The notes under the pieces: model-generated | What the model was told of the DNA's origin: nothing | Databases searched by the model: none | The model's input: the letters and a program-made list of their open reading frames with translations, nothing else | Source of the DNA: a virus | DNA: 64,000 nt | Virus record (IMG/VR): IMGVR_UViG_3300025141_000065 | Coordinates: 7,508 to 71,507 of that record | Reading direction: 5' to 3' (one strand) | Program-made: the position numbers and the translations under genes | Shown here: positions 17,995 to 28,585 of the stretch, one piece after another | How positions within the stretch are numbered: the first letter of the stretch is position 1 | Layout: each line of letters starts with the position of its first letter

Positions 17995-18552
17995 CTAATC
18001 TGTTTCTAATTTTTTTATTTTAAGTGTTTCGGGTAATATTTTTTGTGCAAGGCTATCTTCCCCACTAAGTACGTTTTCCCAAGCTTTCTGTACCCAGTTA
18101 GCACCTTCATAATTAATAGTGGCTTGATCAATAGATCGCCAACCGCCGTTTATCTTCATTGGTTTATAATATTTTTTATATTGTTTGGTGTGGCCCCTTA
18201 CCCTTTTACCTTTTCTAGTATAAGTTTTTATTTTAGATATCCAAGGATATTGTCCCGAATCCTCTAACTCCACTTGCGACATTCCTGCCCCCTCATGTAA
18301 AGAATACGCATAAGGTGTATTGTATGTAATACTGAATGCTTCCCCGGTACGATAATTAGCAGTATCAGATAAAGTACCGCTATCTTTAAGCTGCCCACTT
18401 CTGCTAGGAACCATATCTTGAGCTTTCTTAAAAGTAAGACCAACCAATCTTTCGAAATAAGATTTCTCTAATTTTTTCAGCTCTTCTACAAACTTCATAA
18501 TCCCTTCATTAGTGAAAGGTTCCTTTAAAATGTTTCTGTTAGCTTTAGCCAT
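17995..18552 (-). CDS. HK97-gp10-like tail completion/neck protein
   Basis: AQDMVP.RSGQLKDSG...YNTPYA...HEG motif. Confidence 0.7.
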   Translation of the reverse strand: MAKANRNILKEPFTNEGIMKFVEELKKLEKSYFERLVGLTFKKAQDMVPSRSGQLKDSGTLSDTANYRTGEAFSITYNTPYAYSLHEGAGMSQVELEDSGQYPWISKIKTYTRKGKRVRGHTKQYKKYYKPMKINGGWRSIDQATINYEGANWVQKAWENVLSGEDSLAQKILPETLKIKKLETD

Positions 18553-18579
18553 GATAGTTATTATACTTAAAAAATTAAG

Positions 18580-19893
18580 TTACTCTTCAATTAAAGAAGA
18601 CCAGATGAGTGGTACATCATCATTAAACTTATTTTTACTTCTATCATATCTATTTAAATAAATTATTTCTTTACCTATATAGCCATACTTAGGGTGAAAA
18701 TATAATGCTAGTTGTTTCGGTTTAGTGGCTGCATGAAGTCTTTGTAACGCAAATTCATCCGGCCCTTTCATACATCCTGCGATATGAAGGGACCCAGTTC
18801 CTATATCAATTTCATCCACACGATGGAAATGTCCAATAATAGCAGAATCAAATTGTATTACCTTATTAAAAGGATTTTGATTACCCACCTCACTATTAAC
18901 GTTCTTTTGATATTGTAAAACTCCTCGCAAAGAAGTTATGGCTCTTGCAATGGACATATTACTACCAGCTCCAGAAATACTATCTCCATGCATAATTAAT
19001 ATAGTATTGTTATATATGGAAAATGTGTTTATAAAACTTTTAGGGATGTCAAAGATTAAATTCTTTTGGTTTTTACAAAAAACACTTACCCATTGATACA
19101 TCATAAAGTCCCAGTCCATATACTTATCCTTCATAGGAGGCTTCCTAGTCATTCGACCATGATTACCAACCACGCAAGGTACTCGTATGGATTTAAAATG
19201 AGGAGCCAAAAACATCAAGGCTTGTGCTATCAAATTAGCCCCTCGTATCATCTGTTCCATACAGTTTGATATGTTTGACCTAGCAAGTTCCTCATGTATA
19301 TCACCAGATATCATGTCCCCCAACATAGGAACTATTAAATCATCTACTTTAGCAATATTTCTTCTATAATTTACTAAATTTAATAATTGGTTTGCCCAGC
19401 CGTATAATCGTTGATTAAAAATATTGAAATCATATGTATTAAGACCAACCATCTGTTCAGCATCTACTGATTCTCCTATATGAGTATCGGATAACGGAGC
19501 CACAACAGTTTGGGTGTGTTTACCTACAAATTTACCTTTAGGAGGGTTATATCTAACTGAAGCTACAGGTTTAAATCTAGGGGCTAACTGCTTAATAGAA
19601 TCAATTATTAAATCTTTTTTAACGTTATCTTTGAGGAGTTGTTGGTATAACTTTTTATATAAGTTTGCTTCCCCTTTAGAATGGGAAACCTTTTTATCTA
19701 ATCTTATTCTATCTTCTGGAAGTAAGAAGTCCTCTTCTTCTTCTCCCCATGCTTCTTTGTCGTGACAACGTTGAATTGAAGTTCTGTGGACCCTTATTCC
19801 GTACTTCTCGTCCAACCAATCCGCTATCGAATCCCACGTCATTCCCTCTGCCCGCTTTCTTATTATCTCTGATTTTGCCTGATCTGGAATCAT
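18580..19893 (-). CDS. calcineurin-like metallophosphoesterase with N-terminal HTH
   Basis: SDTH, GD, GNHGR, HGD and GHFH motifs. Confidence 0.85.
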   Translation of the reverse strand: MIPDQAKSEIIRKRAEGMTWDSIADWLDEKYGIRVHRTSIQRCHDKEAWGEEEEDFLLPEDRIRLDKKVSHSKGEANLYKKLYQQLLKDNVKKDLIIDSIKQLAPRFKPVASVRYNPPKGKFVGKHTQTVVAPLSDTHIGESVDAEQMVGLNTYDFNIFNQRLYGWANQLLNLVNYRRNIAKVDDLIVPMLGDMISGDIHEELARSNISNCMEQMIRGANLIAQALMFLAPHFKSIRVPCVVGNHGRMTRKPPMKDKYMDWDFMMYQWVSVFCKNQKNLIFDIPKSFINTFSIYNNTILIMHGDSISGAGSNMSIARAITSLRGVLQYQKNVNSEVGNQNPFNKVIQFDSAIIGHFHRVDEIDIGTGSLHIAGCMKGPDEFALQRLHAATKPKQLALYFHPKYGYIGKEIIYLNRYDRSKNKFNDDVPLIWSSLIEE

Positions 19894-20005
19894 AATTCCT
19901 CCTTATCTTAAGATTAACTGTTCTTCCGCAAATAATACAATGTAAATCCCCATCCATATCTATATAGATATCTCCATCACATTTAAAGCATAACTTGGAA
20001 TACAT
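19709..20005 (-). CDS. small zinc-ribbon protein
   Basis: CFKCDG...CIICG at the N-terminus; the tail overlaps the next gene. Confidence 0.5.
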   Translation of the reverse strand: MYSKLCFKCDGDIYIDMDGDLHCIICGRTVNLKIRRNYDSRSGKIRDNKKAGRGNDVGFDSGLVGREVRNKGPQNFNSTLSRQRSMGRRRRGLLTSRR

Positions 20006-20063
20006 ACTTAATCTTCTTTAACGTAGTGGATTAATCCATTCACGATGAATTAGTTTTTACCCC

Positions 20064-20729
20064 TCAAGAACTACTTTTTTCTAACTCTTGTTTTATCTCC
20101 TGTTCTAGTGCTTGTTCTATTTCTTGTTCTATATCTTTATAGTTTTTATCTTCTGGAATTTCAATATTTTCTTCTGGATCAATTTCATCGGATTCAGTGT
20201 CTAATTTTATATTCAACCCAGCAGGTGCGGCTGTTGAAGCCTGCCCTGTATCATGAGGATCATTTCTCTTATCATCTTGACTATCATCTAATTGTTTAAT
20301 GCGTTTAATTTCATCGTTTTGTTTTAATGCAGCTTGTTCATCTGGCTCCGCATCAAATTCTGAAGGTTCTGCATTAGTATCTTCGGGGGATTCTTCTTTC
20401 TTTTTCTTCCAGTCAATTCTTGGGGGTTGGTCATTTATTGAAGTTCCACTATGTTGTTGAGTAAACTGTGAGTCTTGTTCTTTATGAAGTTCTGTTGTAA
20501 CCCATTTAACTAATTCCACTACAGATTTTTTAGTTGCTTTAACCATCTTTTTTTCGGGACTATGATCCCTTAGAAAATCAGCAAGTCTATTGACACCAGT
20601 TCTTTTCCTCTGTTTCTTTTGTTTAGGACCCGCCCCATAGGTGGGGGTGAAGACGCCTGAATTAGACGATGTGAAAACAGTTCCTCCTCCATCACCAAAT
20701 GCACCATCTTCTTTTTTTACTTTTTTCAT
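20064..20729 (-). CDS. head-module hypothetical protein
   Basis: Directly after the portal; acidic and likely disordered; hydrophobic-x-K motifs. Confidence 0.6.
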   Translation of the reverse strand: MKKVKKEDGAFGDGGGTVFTSSNSGVFTPTYGAGPKQKKQRKRTGVNRLADFLRDHSPEKKMVKATKKSVVELVKWVTTELHKEQDSQFTQQHSGTSINDQPPRIDWKKKKEESPEDTNAEPSEFDAEPDEQAALKQNDEIKRIKQLDDSQDDKRNDPHDTGQASTAAPAGLNIKLDTESDEIDPEENIEIPEDKNYKDIEQEIEQALEQEIKQELEKSSS

Positions 20730-20739
20730 GTTAATACCT

Positions 20740-22740
20740 TTAAGAATCTATGTTAGCATCAATTTTTGTTGATGCGGAATTATTTTCTTTCTGTTTATTG
20801 TTTTCCCGACTGAATTTCCTAGGATCTGTAAATGTCGCCTTCTCAACATGAGTTACGCCGGTAGGAGATAAATTGGCTACATATTCCATATTATTTTGAG
20901 AAAACCACATTTTACTTAAATCTGAAGTCACCTCTCTTATTACTGGAGACATAAATCCTTTTTCATTTAAGGACTCAACCCAAGATTTAGAAAGTGTTAT
21001 ATCATCTTTCTTGCGGATATCTCTATATTCTTTAGGATTTTTATCCCCACGAGGATTTGTATACCACGATTTATCTACATTTTCAGCTCTAGCTTCTGCG
21101 TATTCATCTATATCTCTTTCTTCATCTGGAGCTTTATCTGCCCAATTAGGAGTTACGCCACCAGTTCTACCCTTAAACTTTCGCTGTGATCTGGGAATGG
21201 ATTTTTCAAGCGGCTCCTCCTCGCCTTCTTCTTCATATTCAATGTCTTCATCAACCATCGCTTGTTGTTCTTGCATCTGTTGTTCCATTTCCATTTGTTG
21301 TTTTTGTTGTTCAATTCCTATAGCCAGCTGTTCAGCAGACAGTTTAGCCGTAGGAACATATTCACCACTAACAATGAAGTCAGCCTCCCATATTGGGGTA
21401 TCCTGTTCTTTCAATCTAACATCAAATCCAAGTTGAGCAAACTGACTAACAATTTGAATTTTCTGTTGTGCAAATGATAACCTAGTATTCTCAGCCTTCT
21501 CTTCAGGTTGTGGTAATCTGATTTCATAATCAGTTATACCGAAAGCTTTTAAGAGCTGAGGGAATATTTTTTCGTGGAATAATCTTTGGTCGCCTTCTAC
21601 TACACGACTCATAACAACTAATTGCTGTGTTTGACTTGATAATCCTCCGAAAGCTTCAGGTGCGCCCTGCCAAGCTGGAGTTACACCCCACATTGCAGCC
21701 ACCCTTTCTCTAATTTCATCTCGAACAGGAAGATAATCCATCTCCTGAAGGGTATGAAATAAACGAACCAGATCAACACGGCCCCTTTGATTTCTAGCAG
21801 ATACAGCTACCATTGGTATATAGTTTGGATCAATTCGAGTCTGGGCTGCTATATGTTCCCGTTCTCTACGTAATGATTCTGGATCATCTGTAGTTACCAT
21901 TAACATAGCCGCTGGCATCTTTCTCTCAAAGAAATACCTATAGAGATTCTTATCCATCCCCACTAAAGTTAAAGCTTTTTCAAAAATAGTGAGTAGTGGA
22001 CTCCAACCATAAGTTTCAGAAGGGGAAAACTTAGATAAGTGAATAATTTCACTATCTGTAAAATACATATGTTTATTTCTATGATAATATTTGTACATCG
22101 CAGGATGCATTTCAATATCACAATTATCCTGTTTACATTGCCCTGAAGCTTCCTGTACATTTTCTCTATGTAAAGGGCAAAGGAAATGAGAATTTTTAGG
22201 TAATCCGGCAGTATCAAGATCAAATTCCATTAAAGCTGGATTTAAACGTCTAATCTCCTGCATCTTAGCAGTAACTTTACCCTCACCAACATCTGTATAT
22301 TCCTTAGCTAAATATAAAAACCCATCATCAAGAGAATTTACATCGAAATGGAATTGTCGTAATACCTCTTCTATACTTTGATCAAATACATTACAATCAG
22401 CTGTCCAGTTTTTAAGTTTTTCTTTCTGTTTTGGATCTGGGTTTTCTACAGTTGGGACAAATTCTAATCCCCGCCTAAAAACCTCTCCTGTTATATGGGA
22501 TAAAGGGCCTCTAATCTCCTCTACAGACATGGCTATTGTTTGTAAATCTTGTACAAGTTGTTGCCTGTATGCCATTTGATGGCGTATCCATGTATTAACC
22601 ACATGATCTAAACCTATAGTAGGCGCAGCGTTGGTGTCCCCACTCGCTTTCATCACATCCAACAAACTGATTTGCTTATTCAAATCAGCCATCTGTTGTG
22701 TCATTTTTGGAACCTGTGGAAGGTATTCTGACAACTTCAT
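20740..22740 (-). CDS. portal protein
   Basis: EIIHLS..SPSE.YGWSPL, YF..RKMP..ML, ERVAAMWGVTP; size and position. Confidence 0.85.
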   Translation of the reverse strand: MKLSEYLPQVPKMTQQMADLNKQISLLDVMKASGDTNAAPTIGLDHVVNTWIRHQMAYRQQLVQDLQTIAMSVEEIRGPLSHITGEVFRRGLEFVPTVENPDPKQKEKLKNWTADCNVFDQSIEEVLRQFHFDVNSLDDGFLYLAKEYTDVGEGKVTAKMQEIRRLNPALMEFDLDTAGLPKNSHFLCPLHRENVQEASGQCKQDNCDIEMHPAMYKYYHRNKHMYFTDSEIIHLSKFSPSETYGWSPLLTIFEKALTLVGMDKNLYRYFFERKMPAAMLMVTTDDPESLRREREHIAAQTRIDPNYIPMVAVSARNQRGRVDLVRLFHTLQEMDYLPVRDEIRERVAAMWGVTPAWQGAPEAFGGLSSQTQQLVVMSRVVEGDQRLFHEKIFPQLLKAFGITDYEIRLPQPEEKAENTRLSFAQQKIQIVSQFAQLGFDVRLKEQDTPIWEADFIVSGEYVPTAKLSAEQLAIGIEQQKQQMEMEQQMQEQQAMVDEDIEYEEEGEEEPLEKSIPRSQRKFKGRTGGVTPNWADKAPDEERDIDEYAEARAENVDKSWYTNPRGDKNPKEYRDIRKKDDITLSKSWVESLNEKGFMSPVIREVTSDLSKMWFSQNNMEYVANLSPTGVTHVEKATFTDPRKFSRENNKQKENNSASTKIDANIDS

Positions 22741-22744
22741 ATAA

Positions 22745-23197
22745 TTATTCCTTATTACCTAAATTGGTCATATCCTGTATTGAAACTAATTTTAATATTG
22801 TGTTCATAGCTTTTTCTTTTAATTCATAATCATTTGTGGGGGAGGTGTCGTGTATCCGTTGATTTTTTTCTTCTTTTAGTTTTGTTATTTGGTCATGTAA
22901 AGATTGTATATCTTCATCCCTTTTTAATATCCCCTCATCTAATTCGGCTAATTCCGATTCGTTTACCCCGTGATTAGCATTTTGTAAAACCCCTAATCTC
23001 CCCGCTTCTTTCACTAAAGCGTGGAACTGTCCTTCTGAAAGTAAAACTACTGCTGGACTATCATCCGGAATATCAGAATCTGCATCAACCTGCTTAAGGT
23101 CATCATGCCATGTATCTAATATCCTCCACGTCCTCGCTTCATCTTGTAATGCTACATATTGCAGTTCTCCACCAGCTAACATGTTTCCTATAGGCAT
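22745..23197 (-). CDS. hypothetical protein with coiled coil
   Basis: AGGAG RBS, 150 aa. Confidence 0.65.
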   Translation of the reverse strand: MPIGNMLAGGELQYVALQDEARTWRILDTWHDDLKQVDADSDIPDDSPAVVLLSEGQFHALVKEAGRLGVLQNANHGVNESELAELDEGILKRDEDIQSLHDQITKLKEEKNQRIHDTSPTNDYELKEKAMNTILKLVSIQDMTNLGNKE

Positions 23198-23210
23198 TAT
23201 TAATTCTCCT

Positions 23211-23447
23211 CTATATACTAAAAGCTTGTTCTAATTTCTTAACGTTATAACCTACTATGTAAGTTATATCCCCCTCGTTTTGTATAATTGTTATCGGGGT
23301 TGATTGATAACCCTTCTGAATGAGTTCTCTCCTATTTTCTTCCTCTGTAATATTTTTTTCTGTATATGAAATATTATTTTTGCCTAACCAAGATTTCGTA
23401 GCCATACATGGAGAGCAACCATTGGATGTATATATTATTACCCCCAT
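23211..23447 (-). CDS. nrdH: NrdH-like glutaredoxin
   Basis: IYT...CSPC..TK.WL, G..STP, IVGY; follows the RNR gene. Confidence 0.85.
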   Translation of the reverse strand: MGVIIYTSNGCSPCMATKSWLGKNNISYTEKNITEEENRRELIQKGYQSTPITIIQNEGDITYIVGYNVKKLEQAFSI

Positions 23448-23491
23448 AAATTCTCCTAGTTACTTTATTATACTCAAATTATATTAATTAC

Positions 23492-25441
23492 CTAAGCAAT
23501 AACACAAGCACTGAAGCCACAAGCCTTACAAGTCTCACAACCTGATTCCATCACTATGTATGGACTATTGCAACAATCCTCTGTATTTGGATAATTTTCT
23601 TCTTTTGTTAAAGGTAAGGTAAATTCTAATTGATTACCTTCATTTGTCCCTTTAACTAACACTTCTTTCTCCCTACTTCCGGCTCTATATACAGTAATAC
23701 CCTTACATTTCGTATCCCACGCTAACCTATAAGCATTTTTAACATCATCCACTGACGCTTTATTTGCAAAATTAATGGTTTTAGAGATTCCAGAATCTAC
23801 ATGTTTTTGGAATGTGGATTGCATTAATACATGATCTTCAGGTGAAATGTCTGGAGAAGTAATATAAACATTTTTTACCCATGTGGGTATAGCATATGAG
23901 TATTCTTGTAATGAACCCCCATTAGCAAGATACTCCATCAACTCTTGAGAATAAAAACCGTATTCTTTAGCATCCTTCTTAAAATACTTATTTACATAGT
24001 TAAATGATTTACCCTCTAAAATGTTTTGCTTTTTCCAAGCTAATGCAAATGTTGGTTCTATCCCACTTGAGCAATCAGCTAACATAGATATTGTTCCTGT
24101 CGGAGCAACAGTCAAGCGACAATGATTCCTGTACATTTCGGAATTTCTATCAAATGTACTATCCTCCCAAGCAGGGAAAGTTCCTCTTTGAGAACCAAGA
24201 TCCAAAGACTCATCATCAGCCCATTCTTTAATCTTGGACATTATTTCATTTCCAACTTCTCTAGCTGTTTCGGAATTATATGAAATTCTAAGTTGAATTA
24301 ACAAATCTGCAAATCCCATTACCCCTAAGCCGATCTTTCGAGTAGCTTTAGTCATATGTTCTATGTCAGGAGTCGCATAGTGATTAGCGTCTATTACATT
24401 GTCTAGGAATCTGGTTGATAAACGAGTCACCTTTTGTAGTCTTTCCCAGTTTATTTGAACTTTCCATGCAGGCCCCTCCACAAGTTGTAAATCCCTATTA
24501 ATATAAAACTCTGCTAAATTAATTGAACCTAAATTACAAGATTCATTTCCTAAGAGAGGCTGTTCGCCACATGGGTTAGTAGCAATCATTTCTCCATAGG
24601 TTTCTGTTACATGATTATCTGTATTGACTTGATCTAAAAAGATCATTCCGGGTTCACCGTTTTTCCACGCCCCCTCAACTATCTTATTAAATACAGCCTC
24701 AGCATTTAATTTTCCAGCTACTGTATTATTATGGGGATTAATTAAAGTATAATCTAATCCATTTATCACACAATCCATCCAATGTGAATCAACTCCCACT
24801 GATATATTGAAATTATGAATATCCCCTTCATTAGACTTACAAGTAATAAACTCCAAAATATCAGGATGATAAACAGACATAACAGCCATATTCGCTCCAT
24901 CACGTTTACCTCCTTGAGTTATCATAGAGGAAACCCGTGAAAGTGTTTTTAATACTTCTATCGGGCCACACGCAATTCCGTGAGTGGTTTTAATTTTAGA
25001 TCCTTTAGGTCTAATTTTTGAGAGCGAGAATCCGGTTCCACCACCAAACTTTTGTACCATAGCTGTGTCAGTAGCAGCTTTCATAATACCTTCCATCGAA
25101 TCTTCTAAAGGTAAAACGAAACATGCGGATAAGGTTCCCTGCTCTGTTCCAGCATTCATTAAAGTTGGGGAATTGGGTATGAATTCAAGATTAGAAAGCA
25201 TTTCAAAAAAGTCGTTTTCAATTAACTCCGTTTCTACCGGTAAAGTGTAGTAAGTAGTTTCTATAGAAGAAATTGCTTTAGCAACTCTTTTAAACAATGT
25301 ATTGCTATCTTCAACAACATTCCCATTTGTATCTTTTAATAAATACCTATGTTCTAAAATTGTTTCCGCCTGCTTTGATAAAGCCTTATTATGTGTTGTT
25401 AATGTTGTTGTAGCAACGCTTGTCATCCTCTTGTCCTCCAA
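23492..25441 (-). CDS. nrdJ: class II (adenosylcobalamin-dependent) ribonucleotide reductase
   Basis: PNSPTLMNAG, LSACFV, TNPCGEQPL, VAPTGTIS, KGITVYR and a C-terminal Cys cluster; no beta-subunit gene. Confidence 0.92.
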   Translation of the reverse strand: MEDKRMTSVATTTLTTHNKALSKQAETILEHRYLLKDTNGNVVEDSNTLFKRVAKAISSIETTYYTLPVETELIENDFFEMLSNLEFIPNSPTLMNAGTEQGTLSACFVLPLEDSMEGIMKAATDTAMVQKFGGGTGFSLSKIRPKGSKIKTTHGIACGPIEVLKTLSRVSSMITQGGKRDGANMAVMSVYHPDILEFITCKSNEGDIHNFNISVGVDSHWMDCVINGLDYTLINPHNNTVAGKLNAEAVFNKIVEGAWKNGEPGMIFLDQVNTDNHVTETYGEMIATNPCGEQPLLGNESCNLGSINLAEFYINRDLQLVEGPAWKVQINWERLQKVTRLSTRFLDNVIDANHYATPDIEHMTKATRKIGLGVMGFADLLIQLRISYNSETAREVGNEIMSKIKEWADDESLDLGSQRGTFPAWEDSTFDRNSEMYRNHCRLTVAPTGTISMLADCSSGIEPTFALAWKKQNILEGKSFNYVNKYFKKDAKEYGFYSQELMEYLANGGSLQEYSYAIPTWVKNVYITSPDISPEDHVLMQSTFQKHVDSGISKTINFANKASVDDVKNAYRLAWDTKCKGITVYRAGSREKEVLVKGTNEGNQLEFTLPLTKEENYPNTEDCCNSPYIVMESGCETCKACGFSACVIA

Positions 25442-25443
25442 TT

Positions 25444-27111
25444 TTATTTACGTATTCCACAATATAAACATAAACCACGTTCCGCTACCCAAAAAGAAGG
25501 ACTGCAAACTACTTCTTTGCACTGTGGATTAGGTGCAGAAGACATGCGTTCCTGAGCGTTAACAGGTTCCATTTGTAATGCTTGGGCTGGGGAAGTTTTA
25601 TTTACCTTCCTTAACCCTTGATTATCAAGCTTCTCTAACCTGCCTTCTGGTGTTTCATATGGACTTACAGCTTCAAACCAATCATTTGCACTGCCTAAAT
25701 CCACAAACTTATACGCAGTATCATGTACTGCCTCTAATGCCATTGCTATTGAAAAGAAGGCGTCTCCGTGACCTAGTGGGGTATCGGGAGCCTTCAACTC
25801 ATTACTTACTGATAATATTTGTTGTTTTTGTCTTTCATCTTTAATTAATCTTAAATTACCACTATGTACAAATTTCTCAAATATACCCGCCATAGTGTTT
25901 TTTGACTTTCGACTAAATATTTTAGATAACCACCGAGTATCTAACCCCCTATCTTCTAACTCCCCTCTAGTATTATCTATATATCCAGAACTTAAATTAA
26001 AATTTTCCGCCACTTCATTAAGGTATTCAATCTGGTCTGAATACGACCAACCGTCTAAGAAGGATTGATGTATCTGTTCTACCCTTTCCCCACGTTTTCT
26101 GAATAAAACTAAATGAGATGGATGTTTTTTCTTTCCCACATCAAACCCACCGAATACTTGGTCTCCAGACTCTAAATCACTAAAAACTTTAGTGGCAGGA
26201 GCGGACCTTAATATTTCATCTTCACATTTAAGTATATCTTCTTCGTCAAAATAAGCTTCAGTTGAAAAATGTGGTATTAACATGAATTCCGAAGCGAATG
26301 ATTTAGGTCTTGCTTGTTGTTGTTGTAATAACCAGTCCTCCGAATATAATTCTGGCATTAAAACCCTTCTACCGGGTACAGGGTCTAAAGCAGGTAACAC
26401 TCTTGATTTAAAACGACTATCTTCTTGAAGTTTAGTAAGGAGGTCTCCCGGCATCATCGGAGTCCCTAACACAATAGTTGGAGTCCCTCTTAAGGGGATG
26501 AACAGTGATTCTGTCATAAAATGGTCTTCTACCTTGGTTATCTGCCCTACATTTAAAGGATTCTCTGGATCACGTAATACGTCATCCGCTATTAATGCTC
26601 CATTAACATGCATTCCCCGTTTAAAGCTGAATAGCCCCCCATGCATTATCTCCACAGGTTTATTGTTTAAATAATATCTAGCTGAAAAATCTGCTTTGGG
26701 GCTTCTATTAACTAGTATCTCATTTAAAATAGGGTTTCTGGAAATCGCTTTATTAATTTCTGATATATGGTATTTCGCCATTCCATCAGAATAACTAAGA
26801 TAAAGTACAGAACAATCCCTTTGTGCGGTTAATAATCTCCAAACACTAAATGCATGTCCTAATACAGTAGATTTAAAATGGAATCTTGGTAATACTGCAA
26901 CATAATTCATCCCAGTTTCCAGACATTCCTCTATATCGTCAGCTAATATTCCCACATGCCAAGCTTGAAAATACTCTGGATGGTCAAAACTATAACACCA
27001 TATATTTTGAAGGAAATCTTTAAAAGAACCAACTTTAAATTTCTCCTGCTTCTTTAAACCTTCCGAAAGTAAATTGAAGGCGTTTTCTACTGTTATTACA
27101 TCATTAGCCAC
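25444..27111 (-). CDS. terminase large subunit
   Basis: LPRFHFKST (Walker A-like), LIADD (Walker B), LGTP, GFDVG and HGDA nuclease motifs. Confidence 0.88.
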   Translation of the reverse strand: MANDVITVENAFNLLSEGLKKQEKFKVGSFKDFLQNIWCYSFDHPEYFQAWHVGILADDIEECLETGMNYVAVLPRFHFKSTVLGHAFSVWRLLTAQRDCSVLYLSYSDGMAKYHISEINKAISRNPILNEILVNRSPKADFSARYYLNNKPVEIMHGGLFSFKRGMHVNGALIADDVLRDPENPLNVGQITKVEDHFMTESLFIPLRGTPTIVLGTPMMPGDLLTKLQEDSRFKSRVLPALDPVPGRRVLMPELYSEDWLLQQQQARPKSFASEFMLIPHFSTEAYFDEEDILKCEDEILRSAPATKVFSDLESGDQVFGGFDVGKKKHPSHLVLFRKRGERVEQIHQSFLDGWSYSDQIEYLNEVAENFNLSSGYIDNTRGELEDRGLDTRWLSKIFSRKSKNTMAGIFEKFVHSGNLRLIKDERQKQQILSVSNELKAPDTPLGHGDAFFSIAMALEAVHDTAYKFVDLGSANDWFEAVSPYETPEGRLEKLDNQGLRKVNKTSPAQALQMEPVNAQERMSSAPNPQCKEVVCSPSFWVAERGLCLYCGIRK

Positions 27112-27113
27112 GA

Positions 27114-27620
27114 CTATTTATCTTCCTCCTGATTTTGTACCAGAGTCTTTAATTTAACGGCTATCTTATTCAAAATATCCTGATCGGATATCTCTTCAAC
27201 TAAAATCCCTAAAACATCCTGAACGAATTGTAGGTTTATCAGTCCAGATAAAACATCCCTTTGCCCTTTAATTGCTATGTCTACAGCCTTTACAGCATCA
27301 AAGGCCTTTTCAAAAGGTAACCCCTCCGATTCTCTAAATGCTTTATTAGATAATGATGTGTACCTCTCAAGCTGTTCATGTTGCAATCTTGCAAATTTCT
27401 GTCCTTCTGATTCGGCGATCTTTTGTTGATTATCAGACCTAGCAACGGCTTTCTGTTCACCCCAACCATATTGCTTCGCCCACGCATAGATAGTCACAGG
27501 CTTCACTTCTGTGTCATTTTCTTTGGATATTATTTCTGCTATTTCTTTAGCAGTTTTATCTCCAGCTACAAATAATTTCATAGCATCAAGTTTTACAGAT
27601 TCAGGAAATCTTTTAGGCAT
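27114..27620 (-). CDS. terminase small subunit
   Basis: N-terminal HTH (TAKEIAE...TIYAWAKQYGW) directly upstream of TerL. Confidence 0.7.
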   Translation of the reverse strand: MPKRFPESVKLDAMKLFVAGDKTAKEIAEIISKENDTEVKPVTIYAWAKQYGWGEQKAVARSDNQQKIAESEGQKFARLQHEQLERYTSLSNKAFRESEGLPFEKAFDAVKAVDIAIKGQRDVLSGLINLQFVQDVLGILVEEISDQDILNKIAVKLKTLVQNQEEDK

Positions 27621-27629
27621 TTACCCCTC

Positions 27630-28130
27630 CTATTCATACATGCTGTTAGGGTCTAACGCCCCATATCCAGCATCAGAAACATGTTGGGAATCAATATTCC
27701 CTCCAATAGGAGAACCATCAGATTGTAAAACGCTAGTAAAATCAAAATGACCTGTCTTTTTCGTAGATGACGTAAAGCAAGTAGGCACTTTAATTTTAAA
27801 TTTTCCTGCTCCTATATATACCTCATCATAAGTAATAGCTATCTCATCTCTTGCACATATAGATGACCATATAGCTTCCTGTTCTGCTATGGGGGCATAC
27901 AATTTATTTTTTAATATTGTTCCGGAAGTTCTTTGTAAGCCTTTTATTTCCTGATTATATTTACAATCAATGTACTTACACCAAACCACTACCCCACGTT
28001 CTTTTTTCACATCCTCTAAAGTAGGTAATTTCTTTGGGAATTTATCTGCATACTTCTTTTTTTTCTTTACTGCTTTACTGTTAAAATGAATCTGAATTTC
28101 TGGTCTTACCTTTTTTAAACCGCCTACCAT
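27630..28130 (-). CDS. hypothetical protein (CxxxxC..N motif)
   Basis: WCKYIDCKYN, two further Cys. Confidence 0.6.
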   Translation of the reverse strand: MVGGLKKVRPEIQIHFNSKAVKKKKKYADKFPKKLPTLEDVKKERGVVVWCKYIDCKYNQEIKGLQRTSGTILKNKLYAPIAEQEAIWSSICARDEIAITYDEVYIGAGKFKIKVPTCFTSSTKKTGHFDFTSVLQSDGSPIGGNIDSQHVSDAGYGALDPNSMYE

Positions 28131-28585
28131 TAGTCTAATCTCCTTTTATTCCATAACGCTATACATGCCGCATCGGCATAATCTTGTTCAGGGAAAACAT
28201 CTCCCCATTTATCTACCGCAAATTGTCTGATATCATCTTTTGAGGCATTTCCTTTACCTAAAACACCTTTTTTCCATTGTTTATTATCCACCCTAATCGC
28301 ATCAATACCCTTTTGTAACAAAGTACCCCAAGCAAACCCAACTACATGAGCGATTGCGATAGTCGCCTTTGGATTTTGAATAAAAATCGCTGCTTCAATG
28401 GAAGCTTTATCAGTTATATTTATTTTACTCAAATCATTAAAAAATCCTACCGATATTTCAGGGAATCTTTCCTCAAAATTTTTCTTTTTACTGCCCCACT
28501 TATACATTGAACTTATTTGTTCTTCAGGATCTAATAAAACTCCATGAATAGCAAGCGAAGAACAGTCCAAACCTAAATAATTCAT
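28130..28585 (-). CDS. ruvC: RuvC-like Holliday junction resolvase
   Basis: YLGLD.S, IE, WKK..LGKGNASKDD, QDYADAACIA. Confidence 0.85.
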   Translation of the reverse strand: MNYLGLDCSSLAIHGVLLDPEEQISSMYKWGSKKKNFEERFPEISVGFFNDLSKINITDKASIEAAIFIQNPKATIAIAHVVGFAWGTLLQKGIDAIRVDNKQWKKGVLGKGNASKDDIRQFAVDKWGDVFPEQDYADAACIALWNKRRLD

